A stretch of 62,859 nucleotides of DNA, filler included. It is 12 parts of 12 records of this genome, joined end to end, with 100 filler letters (N's around TTAATTAATTAA, not from the genome) between each part and the next. Parts side by side here need not be neighbours in the genome. Positions count along the whole stretch, not along the records: positions 7,806 to 17,604 come from SRR7504441_6223; positions 17,705 to 20,824 come from SRR7504441_6224; positions 20,925 to 27,251 come from SRR7504441_6227; 9 more parts are not named here. One strand, given 5' to 3'. Numbering within the stretch: position 1 is the stretch's first letter; every line of letters begins with the position of its first letter. The translations under genes and the position numbers were made by a program. The notes beneath the pieces are model-generated. The model did no database searches. It was not told where the DNA came from and was given only the letters and a program-made list of their open reading frames with translations. This document shows positions 10,092 through 21,547 of the stretch, piece by piece.

Positions 10092-11222
10092 ATGGCTGAA
10101 CCAACTGCTGAGGTGCCCGCAGAGCCCGCCGCTGCGGCTGAGGAGGAGGAGCTGGACCTGAACGGCAAGGTGGTCAAGCAGGTGGAGTACTACTTTAGCG
10201 ACGCCAACCTGAAGCGGGACCACTTTTTCCAGAAGGAGATGGCCAAAGACCCGGAGGGCTACATCCCGATGGCGCTGCTGCTCAAGTGCAACAAGCTCAA
10301 GCAGCTGACTGAGGACGGCAAGCTGGTGGCCGAGGCGCTCAAGGCCTCCGAGCAGGTCCTGGTGAGTGAGGACGGCGGCAAGGTCAAGAAGAAGGGCGGG
10401 GTGCCTCCGCTGGACCCGGAGGTGGCGGCCAAGGTCAGCAAGCGCAACAGCACCAAGGGCGTGTCGAGCGAGGAGCTGGAGGCGCTGATTAAGGAGAAGG
10501 CCGCTGCGGCGCAGAAGGAGCGGATCGTGTACAAGCTGAGCGGGCTGCCGGTGGGCTGCCGGTGGACTGACATCAAGGACGCGCTCAAGGAGCTGGTGGA
10601 GACGCAGGGCCGGATGCACGTGTCGCACGAGGACGGGGACACCGACGCGCACATCACGGCGTTCGCTGAAGGGAACACTGAGGCCTGGGCAGCGGCAGCC
10701 AAGCTCGGGGACAAGCTCAAGGTGCAGGAGAACGTGGTGACCATGGAGCAGCTGGAGGACCAGGCGCAGCTGCTCGAGTACTGGACGGCGGAGTTCACCA
10801 AGAACCCACCCAATGAAACGCCAAAGGCCAAGAAGATGCAGAAAAAGGAGGCAGCCACCAAGAAGCGCAAGCTGTCGAGCACTGTGACGGTCTGTGAGGT
10901 GGAATATGATTACAATGCCCTGAGGACCCGGGTGAATGAAATCTCAAAGGGGCACACGGAGGAGTTTAAGCAGCTGGAGGGGGATGAGGCCGAGTTCATC
11001 AAGGCGCTGTTCGAGCATCATCCGCGTGCGGCTGACAAGAAAGCAAACATGACTGGGGTGGCCGTCGGGGTGAATCCCCAGTTCCCCGACACCAGGTGCT
11101 TCTTTGTGGTCAAGGAGGGTGGCGAGAAGGAGGATTTCAGTTACAAAAAGTGCATCGACACTGCCTTTGGCGTTGAGCCCAAGGCGGATAGCGCAAAGAA
11201 AGCAAAGCAAGGCAATGAATAA
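10092..11222 (+). CDS. La-type RNA-binding protein: La motif, RRM2-like domain, DUF3223 (DeCL-like) domain
   Basis: QVEYYFSDANLKRDHFF...GYIPMALLLKCNKLKQLT (La motif); C-terminal HHPRAADK...GVNPQFPDTRCFFVVKEGGEKEDFSYKKCI (DUF3223); intronless. Confidence 0.9.
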   Translation: MAEPTAEVPAEPAAAAEEEELDLNGKVVKQVEYYFSDANLKRDHFFQKEMAKDPEGYIPMALLLKCNKLKQLTEDGKLVAEALKASEQVLVSEDGGKVKKKGGVPPLDPEVAAKVSKRNSTKGVSSEELEALIKEKAAAAQKERIVYKLSGLPVGCRWTDIKDALKELVETQGRMHVSHEDGDTDAHITAFAEGNTEAWAAAAKLGDKLKVQENVVTMEQLEDQAQLLEYWTAEFTKNPPNETPKAKKMQKKEAATKKRKLSSTVTVCEVEYDYNALRTRVNEISKGHTEEFKQLEGDEAEFIKALFEHHPRAADKKANMTGVAVGVNPQFPDTRCFFVVKEGGEKEDFSYKKCIDTAFGVEPKADSAKKAKQGNE

Positions 11223-11399
11223 TTCCTGCAACATTGATACAACCATTCTACGTATAGTTACAACCTTGTGTTGCTCACAATGAACCGTTTACCTCACGTT
11301 TACCTTATATATACAGTATACAATAGTACAGTTTAACCATCGAAAAAGGCAGCTTTTACTTGCTTAATGTGTTGTAAATTTGTCTATGATTTGCCCTAC

Positions 11400-14300
11400 T
11401 TAAAGTAGGCTGTCAGTCTTTGGTGACGTCGATCGCGAGCCACTCTTTGCTTCATTTCTAACACGCGCCGCTTCTACAGCAGCTTCGGCTTCAGCAAACT
11501 TCATCCTGGTAAACTCGGCTTTGTCGATCACCCCGTCGCTGTTAGTATCCCATTGGTTGAATTGTTTGTCAATTGAAGCTTGTAGCTTGTTTGCTTCGGT
11601 CGCGTTTCCAGTGCCATACAGCAATGCTTCTGCCCTCGCAGCGGCGCTTAGCTTACCTGATGAAGCCGCTGTCCTCTCACCACTCGACCCTAGTACCGCC
11701 CCTGCTCGATCTGCACCCCGTGCCTGTTCGCCCTTCCCAATGTCATGCAAGATCTCGCCAGCCCTCCTCGCGGCACTCCAATCCTTGTCCTGCACACCGT
11801 GATTCTTGTTTCCCCCAAGCTCAGTCTCCAGCTCCTGCAGCTCCTGAGCCTCGGCCTCAGCTTTAGCCTTGGCATTCCTGTCAGCCTGCTTCCTCCGATC
11901 GGCCTCCCACTGTCGGAGGTCGTCCTCCTCGTCTGGCTCATTCGTCCTTGGTGCGCTTGGCGATTTTGACTGGCTGGCTGCTGTTTTTTCATCCTTGTCA
12001 AACAGCCCAAAGGTGAAGGGTGCTTCTGGTTTAGGCTCAGGTTGCGATTTGGGAAGTGTGGGGTCCTGCATCAAACGCCGTTCAGCAGCCCGGCGCTCAT
12101 CGATGCTATTTACAGCCTGCTGAACGGCAGCAATACGGCTCTGCTTTGGCTCTGCAGCCACTACCTCTGATGGCACTGCACCATCACGGAGACTCTGGGC
12201 GACCTTCATAAAGGCATCACAGTGCTGGTAGAATTTGGAGTTCAGTGATGGCAGCTGCTCGTCGAAGAACTCCACGAATTCTTGCATTTCAACTCTGCCA
12301 TCACCACTACGATCCAATTTGGTCATGAGCCGTGCATTCATCTCCTTAGTCCATTCGCCGCTTTTTTGGCCGAGCTTCCGTCGTTGCTGCCCAAGCACAA
12401 GAAGCTCATCAGCGCCAATCGCCCCATCACCATCAATATCGAAAGCCTTGAACACTTTTTTCAGCTCCCTGTGTCGCTCTCCATAGTCGCTGTCAGGCTT
12501 CTTGCGAGGAACCCGTGGTGGAGTTGGTGGAAATTCCCTCGGTGGCATCCTGGAAAACTTCTCTGGTTTGGGGGAGGACTTCATTGACTTGAGCTGCGAA
12601 ACGCGACTTGAAAGCGATGATTCCAGCTCACGTAGTTCGCGGCTCTCCTCTGGAGTCCTGTTCCGTTTCATATAGAGAGAGTCGATCCTTCTGTTCTTCT
12701 GTGCGAGCGACATTGGCTGTGAGCTGTCGTACGTTACTTCAGGTTTGAATGTTCGGGCTGCTGGGGTCGCCTCCGTTGAGCTGATTGGCATATCGGTTGC
12801 ACCCTGCACTGAACGAGCCACAGCAAGGAACTGATCAATGTTGCTGCTAAACTCAAAGTTGTCGCGTGGCAGCAGATCGTCAAAAAAGGTCACAAACTCG
12901 TTCATCTGGATTCGGCCATCACCGTCGCTATCCATCCGGGTCATCATTCTGTTGTTCATTTCATGTGTCCATTCCCCTTGCTTGTGGCCGAGCCGACGTC
13001 GAGCCTGCCCGAGTTTGAGCAGCTCATCGGCCCCGATTGTGCCATCCTTGTTGATATCAAAAGCGTTGAACACATTGCGCAACTTCTCCTGACGCGCAGA
13101 GGAGCCACGCCGAGGCTGCTGATCAAAATGGATTGGACGCTCGACAAGGGGCTTCGGCTTGTAGCCATTAACAAAGTTCTCCATCTCTTTGAACGAAAGC
13201 TGGCCGTCCTGATTGGCATCGATGCGCTTGATGATGGCATACACAGCAGCGCGGGCTTCCGATTCTGAAAGTCGTGCCCTGGGATCTTGCACCATCTTCT
13301 TTGCGATGTCGCGGGCCAGTTGAATGAACTCACGGCCATCAATGAAACCATTTTGATCGGCGTCAAAAGTGTCAAACACCGCTTTCAGGCCACCCTTCTG
13401 GGCAGCCCGGAGTAATTCACGTTTCGCCTGCTCCATGTGCTCTGCTGCTGACTCAGACAGCTGATCTGAGGGTGGATTCACTTCAAGCCGAGCAGCACCA
13501 GTCTCCTCTGGTTGGAAAGCTGGCACATCCTCAGGATTGATCACGGGCCGCCCACCCTTCGCAGTCTGGTCAATGAGATAGTAAACGTCCTCCACGACAG
13601 TAGGGGGAAGCAGTGCACAAAAGGGCTCCTTGATCACAAGTCGGCTGAAGTCACTCTTGCACAGTCCACCCAGGACACCACGGTCGCTCATCAACATCAC
13701 GCTAGTGACAAACACATCCAAATCTTGGATTGCATCTCCAAAGAAATTTGCCAGGTACGTCTCGAGTTTTCGCTCATCTATTATAGCCTCAGAGCCTGCA
13801 ATCTCGGTAAACAGCTTCTCAATCGCACTGATTATACGAAGAACCACTTCCTGTGGGCTACCAGAAGCGGTGGGCTTGGCCCCTGTCTCTCTGCGTGGAT
13901 GCATTCTGTGGCTTGGGATGCCAGATTTGACGAAAGCTGACAATTCGCGTCGCACTGTCTGTGGAAGCATCGAGTTCCACGGCTTTTTTGTAATCATTCG
14001 CACAAATGCTGCAAACCCGACGCCTCCAGCCCCAATCTTGTCAAATTGCTTGACACAGTCTGATGCCTGCTCATGGACCTCCGCCTCCTTTGCTTTTGGT
14101 ATTGGAGTATTGAGTTGGTTCCACACATCTTTCACCATTGTTGTCAGTTGGTCTGCGGATAAGACCAGCGTGTTGTCTGTATCATATTTGCGGAAAAGCT
14201 CCTCGGCAGCTTTGTAGATCAACTGCATCGATCCAGCAGCTGTGTTCCAGCTGCTTATGATCTGGGCTATGTTGGTGCGAGAGCGCTCCTCTGCTCCACC

Positions 14301-17300
14301 AGCCTCCAAGTTTTGCTTACCAGGGACTGGAATCTGGGCATTTATGTAGTGCCAAGTGGAGTGATCCTTCTTGGGCACCTCCGATCCGGATGGCACTTGA
14401 GGGGCTGCATTCTTCTGGTCTGAGGTGCGTTTGCACCAGGCCTCGAATTCACTCCACCCAAGCTGCTTGTCCTCTGTCTGGTGCAACGTATCGACCAGCT
14501 TATCGGCCTCTGCTTGCCGGGTCTGAGCGTCCTCGGCACCAGGGTACAGCCTCTCGAGCACAAACTCGGCCACACTGCGCAGCTCGCGCTCTGGCAGCTT
14601 GCCGCTCATGAGGTTGTCCAGGCTGTCCCAGAGCGGCTTGGCCTCAGCCAGCAGCTGCCCCAGCGAACTGTCGATCAGTCCAACTTGCAACTTGGGGACC
14701 TGCACCCTGCATCAGGCCGCACAGGTACAAGCCCCAGGCGTACCGTGCTCGGACTTGCACGGACCGGCGCCGCCTCGGATAAATTCAAATCGTCGTGCTG
14801 GAGCGGGCCCTGTTGCGAGGTGAGCTCACGCCTGGCGGCTGGGAGCACCGGTGAAGGGTGCCGCTCCGGGGAGCCAGGCTGGGGTGATACGCGCTCCCTC
14901 GGGGTGATGGGGAGGCCCTTGGTGGGCGACACAACCCCAAGCTGGGCCTGCAGGTCTGCAGGGAGCAGCAGGTGCCACGGATGCTTTGTCACCTGCCGCA
15001 GCAGCTGAGCGCACACCCCAGCCGGAGCGGACCATCCTGAGGAATTGCATGAAGGTGACGAACTGCTCGCCAGTGCCGTAGGTGGCAAGCGCCAGCTCGA
15101 TTTCCTGCTGGAGCATCTGCTCGTCGTACTCGCTCACCCCTCTGATCTGGAGCACCTGCCCGTGGCTCAGCCGCTCCAAAGCCCGGGCCCGACCTGCTTA
15201 GCCAGGAACCGGATCTCGGCCAGTTCCAGCACGTCGTTCTGCGTCTTGTTGGCGGCGTCGAAGATTCCGCGAGCAGCATTCAGCACAGTGTTGGCTCTGG
15301 ATCCGGCGGGCATCATGGCTCTCGGCGAGCGACCTGGTGTGGTGACAAACAGGGCGCGTGGCGAGGTCTTGGGCTGTTGAATCGGTAGTCTGAGCAGACT
15401 GCAGCTCCGGGCCACTCCGCTGAACTGGACCATCGCGTTTTCAAACAGCTCGGGCTCGGGCGGCAGGAGCGGCTCCATGTGGCTCGTGAACTCCTGCACA
15501 TCGATCGAGCCGTCCTTATTCACATCCATCAGCTGCATCAGCTTTTCGTTCAGCTGCTGGGTCCACTCACCGGCCTTCTGGCCCAGCGCGCGCCGAGCCT
15601 TGCCCAGCTCGAGCAGCTCCTTCAGTTCGACTCGGCCAGATCGGTCCAGGTCAAACATGGCGAACACCGCACCCAGCTTGGCCCGCCGCGACTCCAGGTC
15701 CCTGCTCACCGGCTGTTGGGACACCGCTGGGGGCTCCGGTGCTGGCTCGGCCGCGGCCTGCTTTTGCTGGCGCGACTGCTCGAACTTTGCGATCGAGCCG
15801 GTGGTGCGCTCGAACCAGCCGGTGAACTCCTCAAAGTCCATCACGCCGTCGTCGTTTTTGTCGAGCCGGAGCATCAGCTTGTCCGCCTCGACCTGCTTCT
15901 GCTGCTCGCTCATCGGCTGGCCGTCCGGGTGGAAGCTGGCGAAGACCCAGGCTGCCAGCTCGAGCAGCTCGTTGGCCTCGAGCGTGCCGTTCAGGTTGAC
16001 GTCCAGCGAATTGAACTTCTTCTCAGCCGCTGTGAGCACAGCGGCCGGGTCGCTGCTCGGCTCCATGGTTTGCACTCCGCTGTGAGGGGTGCGCGACTCG
16101 AGCCCAGGAGCAGCACCACTTGCACTGCTCGAGCCTGGCGATGAAAAACTCAGCAACGGTTTTGCAGAGACACCTGCAGGCGCAAGATCGGGCCACCCAT
16201 GCGCAAACAGAGCCCACCAACCACGCCTTCAAACGCTTTGATGCGCGATTCAATACGATCCGTCAATTCCGAGTCCAACTCTTGCTCTGCATCAAAGACC
16301 ATTTCTTCCAAGGCAGCCAGCCGGCTCGAAGTTGCAGGATAAAACTCCTCCAATGAGTTTATCCTCAAATGCAAAGGATCTGTGATCTCACTCACATCTA
16401 CTTGTTTCCCCGCCGCTGATTCTCCATCTAATGTGTACGTGTTCTCCTTGGGAGCTGCACCACCTCCCTCCAGTACAGCCACCCTTTGGAGCAGCTCAGC
16501 AGTTGTGTCATTGCACTGGCTCATGCGTGTCTGGATTGGTGTCACACTGCTGTCCAAATGCTTGACTGCACGTCTCAACTCTGCCAGCAACTTCTTATCG
16601 TCACCCTTCATTTTCTTTTCGGCCGTTTCTTCTTGCACAGATGCTTCATCTCCTTTCATCGTGCGCTGCACGCAGCTGCTCCACAAGTTGGCCACCCCAA
16701 GCTTTTTTATTGTTCGCTCTGCGCGACCCATTCTCGCAATCAAAGGGTCCAGCATCTGCTGCATTGTCAGCATTGCCTGTCCTAGTGCCCGTGCAATCGT
16801 GTCCTCCAACTCTTGAGGCCCAATCCTATGGCTCTGGCGTGAAATGCCACGTGACGACCCAGTAGGCGTCGCCTGTCTGCTCAGCCCAGCAGGAGTCGGC
16901 TGTCTGGCCGAGTGAGGCTCCTCTATTTCAAACTCGTCTTCTCCAGTCGCAATCAGCCGCCAGTGCTCCGCGGCCTCCTTCCAGCTCTGAGCTTCGAGCT
17001 GAGACTCCTGGGCCGCCGCCTGCCACGAGCTCGGCCTCGGCCCGCCCCTGGTACCGGCCGTGCGAGCCCTGGATACCGGCGCCTCCGGAATTGAGGCTCG
17101 CGATGAGAGCGCAGCAAACGGGGTAATCTCGCGAGAGATTTGCCCACGAAGTTCAGCGACCTTGCTCTCGAGCAGCAGCCTTTCTTGCTGTTCGAGCTCC
17201 GACAAATCTTGGCCGCTGTTAACCAAATGCTCCAACTGAGCCGCCGCCAGCGCCAGCTCGCTCTGCTTGGACTTTGCTGTCTCCATGGCGCGCTCGGCCT

Positions 17301-17604
17301 CCTCCCGCTCCGAGCCCTGCGGCATGTCCTCCAGCTGAAGCGAGAGTGACTCAAGGGTGGCGCTGATGTCGTCTTCCTGATCGCCCAGTTTGGAGCCCTC
17401 GGCCCCGCCCAGCTCGGGGCTGGCTGGCCCTTCCAGCTCGAGCTGTTCGTCGTACCCAAGCTCGGCCTCCAAAAAGCCTTTGATTGTGGACAGCTGGCTG
17501 GCCAGGCTGGCCAGGCCGCCTTCGTCGTTCCCGTAGCAGGTGGCTCGCAGCTCCTGCACCAGCTGCTGGTTGGTGCTGATCGCCGTGGCCGCCGACTGGC
17601 TCCA
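11400..17604 (-). CDS. Very large coiled-coil plus multi-EF-hand protein (~2000 aa, 5' truncated)
   Basis: ORFs 16150-17559, 15167-16156, 14826-15179, 14675-15088 and 11400-14705 join through four ~38-44 nt introns. Many DxDxDGxI loops; a module F.AFD...G.....ELL.LG.ARR.LG.K.GEWT..MN..LM..MD...DG.I...EF occurs three times. Confidence 0.8.
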
Positions 17605-17704
17605 NNNNNNNNNNNNNNNNNNNNNNNNNNNNNNNNNNNNNNNNNNNNTTAATTAATTAANNNNNNNNNNNNNNNNNNNNNNNNNNNNNNNNNNNNNNNN
17701 NNNN

Positions 17705-18310
17705 CGGTCGCAACCCGTCACAAGGACTCTAGATCGATTCAGCTGGCTGTGATGAGCGGCATGTGGGCACTTTGTCGGACTGGGTCGCAGTCGGAGAAGC
17801 ACGCGGTCTGGGCCCTCGCCAAAGCGGTCACGCTGTCAGCTGCAGCGCAGCACTGCACCGACCCTGAGGTGCTGCCAACCGGTCTGGCTGCTCACTCTGC
17901 GGGCAGATGGTCGCGATCTGCATGGGCCTGCGTCTGGGCGGCCATGCAGCAGTCCACAACGGAACTACCCGCCCAGAATGCCGCCGTCGCCGACTTCAAG
18001 AGGTGCGCAAGTGTGGGCTGTCGGCTCACGGTGTTGGCAGGTTCAACAAGGTTTCCGTAGCACCTACTAGCGTGTTGTATGGCTCCGATGTGACAGGCCG
18101 GACTCGAGGTTGCAGCGAGCCGGACAGTCGGGTGGCACCACGCCAGGTGCGTTCGGGAGTGCTGGTGCGGGAACAGCCAATCTGGCTCAACCGATTGGAT
18201 TTCCAGCATGGTGTAAGCACTACTGCACTCGCAGGGAGGGAGGTGCCAACGGAGATAACATTATCCACAAGCTTTTAAACCATTTGAATAAATGGAGACT
18301 AGATAACTAG
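17705..18310 (+). mobile_element. Possible degraded non-LTR retroelement fragment
   Basis: Frameshifted GRDL../RRRRLQEVRKCG...APTSVLYGSDVTG weakly resembles the end of a LINE RT/thumb region; no catalytic YxDD motif seen. Confidence 0.25.
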
Positions 18311-18486
18311 TACTTCGAATGTGATGCAGGGCGACTTTATTTACATGGGTCACCGAAGTTCTAAACTTGAGTATTCTTGACTGAGATCTAGCTCTTAAAA
18401 GTACGTACTCGTACTCACACTGATTGTACATGATTGTGTAGTTGGTTATCTTGTGTGTTGCATGGCCGGTGGATTGGTCTGGGTCT

Positions 18487-19245
18487 TCAGGACGCCTTCA
18501 CACAGGATGACTTCACAGTGCCGGCTGGCAGGGGCGCCGGGGCGTCCTGTTTCTTAGGCTGGTTGTTGTATGTCTTGTTGTAAAAGCATGTAAACTGGAT
18601 CAGGTACATCAGGTAGCAGGCAAGGGCGATGCCATGCCCGACCACGCTGATGTCGCACTGGCCATAGTACCACTGGTAGGCCGAGTAGATCAGGGTGACG
18701 GTGCAGACCACGTGTTGGACCAGCTGGAGCTGCGTGATCAGCTGCCGGATCGGCCTCAGCTGCTTGGGCCAGGCGTAGTAGGCGTACATTAGAGTGTGCA
18801 CCGCCCCGTTCGAGACCACACCCAGATCGTAGACCGAGGAGCGCACGGTCATCCCGGCCGAGGCCGAGAGCACCACGGCCGCGGTGGTCAGGTGGTGGTT
18901 GTAGTGCAGCGACGAGATCGGCTTGCCCGCCGCCACCAGCAGCGCCGTGTCGATCCATTCCCAGAACTTGGAAGCGTACCAGGTGGGCACGATCAGCGGG
19001 TCCGGGGCCGCCGCCGAGCACACCAGCCGGTGCGGGTTGGTCCACCGGTCCGGATCTAGCCTGAGCACCCGCATCGTGATCCAAAACGAGTAGAGCGCGA
19101 GCAAGGCATTGTGATGCTTCCGGATGGCGAGCAGCGGCCCAGCGTACGAGGGAACGAACCGCTGGCAGAGCTTGGCGTAGACCGGGAAGATCAGCGGCGG
19201 GAGCACGATCCCGAGCACCTCGAGCGCAGTAGGGTAGGACGACAT
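18487..19245 (-). CDS. Fatty acid elongase (ELO/GNS1/SUR4 family)
   Basis: SKFWEWIDT, LHYNHH, NGAVHTLMYAYY, ITQLQLVQ motifs; ATG at 19245; intronless. Confidence 0.93.
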   Translation of the reverse strand: MSSYPTALEVLGIVLPPLIFPVYAKLCQRFVPSYAGPLLAIRKHHNALLALYSFWITMRVLRLDPDRWTNPHRLVCSAAAPDPLIVPTWYASKFWEWIDTALLVAAGKPISSLHYNHHLTTAAVVLSASAGMTVRSSVYDLGVVSNGAVHTLMYAYYAWPKQLRPIRQLITQLQLVQHVVCTVTLIYSAYQWYYGQCDISVVGHGIALACYLMYLIQFTCFYNKTYNNQPKKQDAPAPLPAGTVKSSCVKAS

Positions 19246-19305
19246 ACTCGGCGCGCCTTCCAATCGTAGAGTCCGCTCGCTGATTTACTAAAGCTGTGTT
19301 AAGAG

Positions 19306-19323
19306 TCCGTTGATATTCCGTTA
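19306..19323. promoter_or_regulatory. Two YAACGGA motifs in the ELO/lipase divergent promoter
   Basis: TCCGTTG (19306) and TCCGTTA (19317) in the 148-bp gap between opposed ATGs. Confidence 0.5.
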
Positions 19324-19393
19324 TAAATCGAGTGGACTGGGACACCAAAGCCATTGAGCTCAAGCGAGGCCTCGAGCTGGGACAGCATACGGA

Positions 19394-20539
19394 ATGGCTG
19401 GTGGCGCCGGGCGCCTCGGCGGTCCACTGGCGCGCCTGTTCCCCCTTCTCGGCGGTCTGTTGCTCCTGCCGGCGGCGGTCCGGGCGAACTGCGCCTGCTC
19501 CCCCTTCTCGGGCAACATAAACGCTGGCGACTGCTGCGACGGCGGCAAGAACGACACCTGCGGCAGCTGGTTCCACCGCGCCACCTGCAACGGCAGCTCG
19601 CCAGTCTGCTGCACCTCGGACTTTGGCTCGGCCTGCTGCCCCGCCGGCTCCTCATGCTCCCCAGGCTGCCGCAACTCGCTCGAGGGTGGCTGCGGCTGCG
19701 TGCCGGCGCCCGATTCGCTCTCGGGAGTCGGTTTCAACATGACCGCGGCCGTGCACGTGCTCGGTCTGAACGCGGCCACCCAGTGCGCGCCGAGCCAGGT
19801 GCAGGCCTGGAATTGCGTGGCCTGCGCCAAGAACTACCGGCTCGAAAACCTGAACGTGACCCAAAACGCGGGGCACATGGCGTTCACGGCCTGGGACGCG
19901 GACAACGGCAAGATCCAGGTGGTGCTCCGCGGGTCGCTGTCGATCAAAGACTGGCTGAGTGACGCCGACTTCCCGAAGACAGCTGCGTATGAAGAGCTCG
20001 GGTGCGTCGGGTGCGGGGTGCATGAGGGCCTGTACAAGGCGTACAAGGCGCTGCAGCCCGCGGTCGAGGAAGGAGTGGAGACGCTGCTCGGACTCCACCC
20101 AGGCGCCTCGATCTCACTCACGGGCCACTCGCTGGGTGCGGCGATGGCAGCGCATGCTGCGATTGCCTTCGCGATGGTCCGTGGGTGGAAGCTTGACCAC
20201 ACGGTGTACACCTTCGGACAGCCCCGTGTAGGCGATGCCCAGTTTGCGGCGTGGTTTTCACCCAAGTTCCCTGGGTGGTTGCGGTCGGTGCACTGGAATG
20301 ATCCGGTTCCGCACCTGCCCCCCACTTCACTAGGAAGCTACCACTACCGGCACGTGGGCCGGGAGCTGTGGTGGACAGAGGACTCCAAGGCGGAGATGGT
20401 GTGCGACGGGACCGGTGAGGACCCAAACTGCTCGGCATCGATCATGGCCGCGCTCAACCCGCTTGATCATTGGTATTACCTCGGATACGATGTGTGCAAT
20501 TGCGTGCCGTTCAAAAAGGGCAACTCACGAGTGATCTAG
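19394..20539 (+). CDS. Secreted class 3 lipase with Cys-rich N-terminal module
   Basis: Signal peptide, Cys-rich segment, VVLRGS, VHEG, TGHSLG, YTFGQPRVGD, DPVPHLPP, Y.H.G.E, C-terminal DH. Confidence 0.93.
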   Translation: MAGGAGRLGGPLARLFPLLGGLLLLPAAVRANCACSPFSGNINAGDCCDGGKNDTCGSWFHRATCNGSSPVCCTSDFGSACCPAGSSCSPGCRNSLEGGCGCVPAPDSLSGVGFNMTAAVHVLGLNAATQCAPSQVQAWNCVACAKNYRLENLNVTQNAGHMAFTAWDADNGKIQVVLRGSLSIKDWLSDADFPKTAAYEELGCVGCGVHEGLYKAYKALQPAVEEGVETLLGLHPGASISLTGHSLGAAMAAHAAIAFAMVRGWKLDHTVYTFGQPRVGDAQFAAWFSPKFPGWLRSVHWNDPVPHLPPTSLGSYHYRHVGRELWWTEDSKAEMVCDGTGEDPNCSASIMAALNPLDHWYYLGYDVCNCVPFKKGNSRVI

Positions 20540-20722
20540 AGGGCTGTAACTTGAGATTGTGTACGTTTCTCGGGCAAGGGGTAGCCAAGGGTGCTGTATT
20601 AAATGAATTGTGTGCAAACTATGAAATTTATATACTTCGATCAGACTTACAAGTGACCTCCTGAGGTGGCCTAGACACTACGGTAATGAGCAAAACTCTG
20701 GCGCTCGTTGAGAGCAACCGGA

Positions 20723-20824
20723 TCAGTTGTTGATTTCAGCCCATTGCTCCTTGGTGACGAAGTACTGCTTGAGGGCGCCAATCGGGCTCTTGCCCTCCAG
20801 CACCGCCTGGGTGGCCGACTCAGC
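20723..20824 (-). CDS. 3' end of an unknown gene
   Basis: ESATQAVLEGKSPIGALKQYFVTKEQWAEINN* running in from the contig end. Confidence 0.5.
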   Translation of the reverse strand, partial: AESATQAVLEGKSPIGALKQYFVTKEQWAEINN

Positions 20825-20925
20825 NNNNNNNNNNNNNNNNNNNNNNNNNNNNNNNNNNNNNNNNNNNNTTAATTAATTAANNNNNNNNNNNNNNNNNNNN
20901 NNNNNNNNNNNNNNNNNNNNNNNNC

Positions 20926-21174
20926 TTCTGCGAGGACCCGGACAACACCGCGGCCGGCCCCAGCAGCGACCCGCCCGACCACCCGCCCGCCCCGCCGGAG
21001 AGCCACCCCGACGACTTCGAGCGGCTATACGCCGCGTACTCGCGGGGTGGCAGCCCGGCGGAGGGCAGCTGCTCAACGGCAGAGACGGGCGGGGGGCGGG
21101 GGGCATTGTCACAGCAGTCGTCGGCCGCAATGCTGGACAGCTCCGAGGATGATGAGCCGGCGGCCGATTTATAG
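20926..21174 (+). CDS. 3' end of an unknown low-complexity protein
   Basis: FCEDPDNTAAGPSSDPP...SSEDDEPAADL* open from the contig start. Confidence 0.5.
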   Translation, partial: FCEDPDNTAAGPSSDPPDHPPAPPESHPDDFERLYAAYSRGGSPAEGSCSTAETGGGRGALSQQSSAAMLDSSEDDEPAADL

Positions 21175-21547
21175 AGCTGGCTGCCGTGGGGGCCGACGAT
21201 CAGTATCCGTCTGGTGCTGATCGGACTGCAAGGCGACTAGCGAATCAAAGCACCCTGAAGAGCTCGGGAGCAGCCGAGTAGCGCTCGCCCGGGCTGTTGC
21301 AGTGGGTGTGAGCGCACCGCAGCTACGACCGTTGATAGGCATCGCACGAGCAGCGTAGTACTAGAGTAACACTCTAATGTTACACGAATTATACACACGA
21401 CACTCGCGCTATCCGAAACCTTAGTACATGCAATGCAGCACGCTCGAAGTATGATGTACGTACGAGTACCAGCGAGTCAGCGCCGAGAAAAGCACTCGTG
21501 GTGTTTATACGAAAACGCAGCAACTGATCGGCTTGATTACTCACTGA

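Noticed and set aside
18320-18390. Possible C/D-box snoRNA (GTGATG...CTGA)
   Set aside because: Imperfect C box, no terminal stem and no recognisable guide; no tRNA or rRNA was recognised anywhere in the window.
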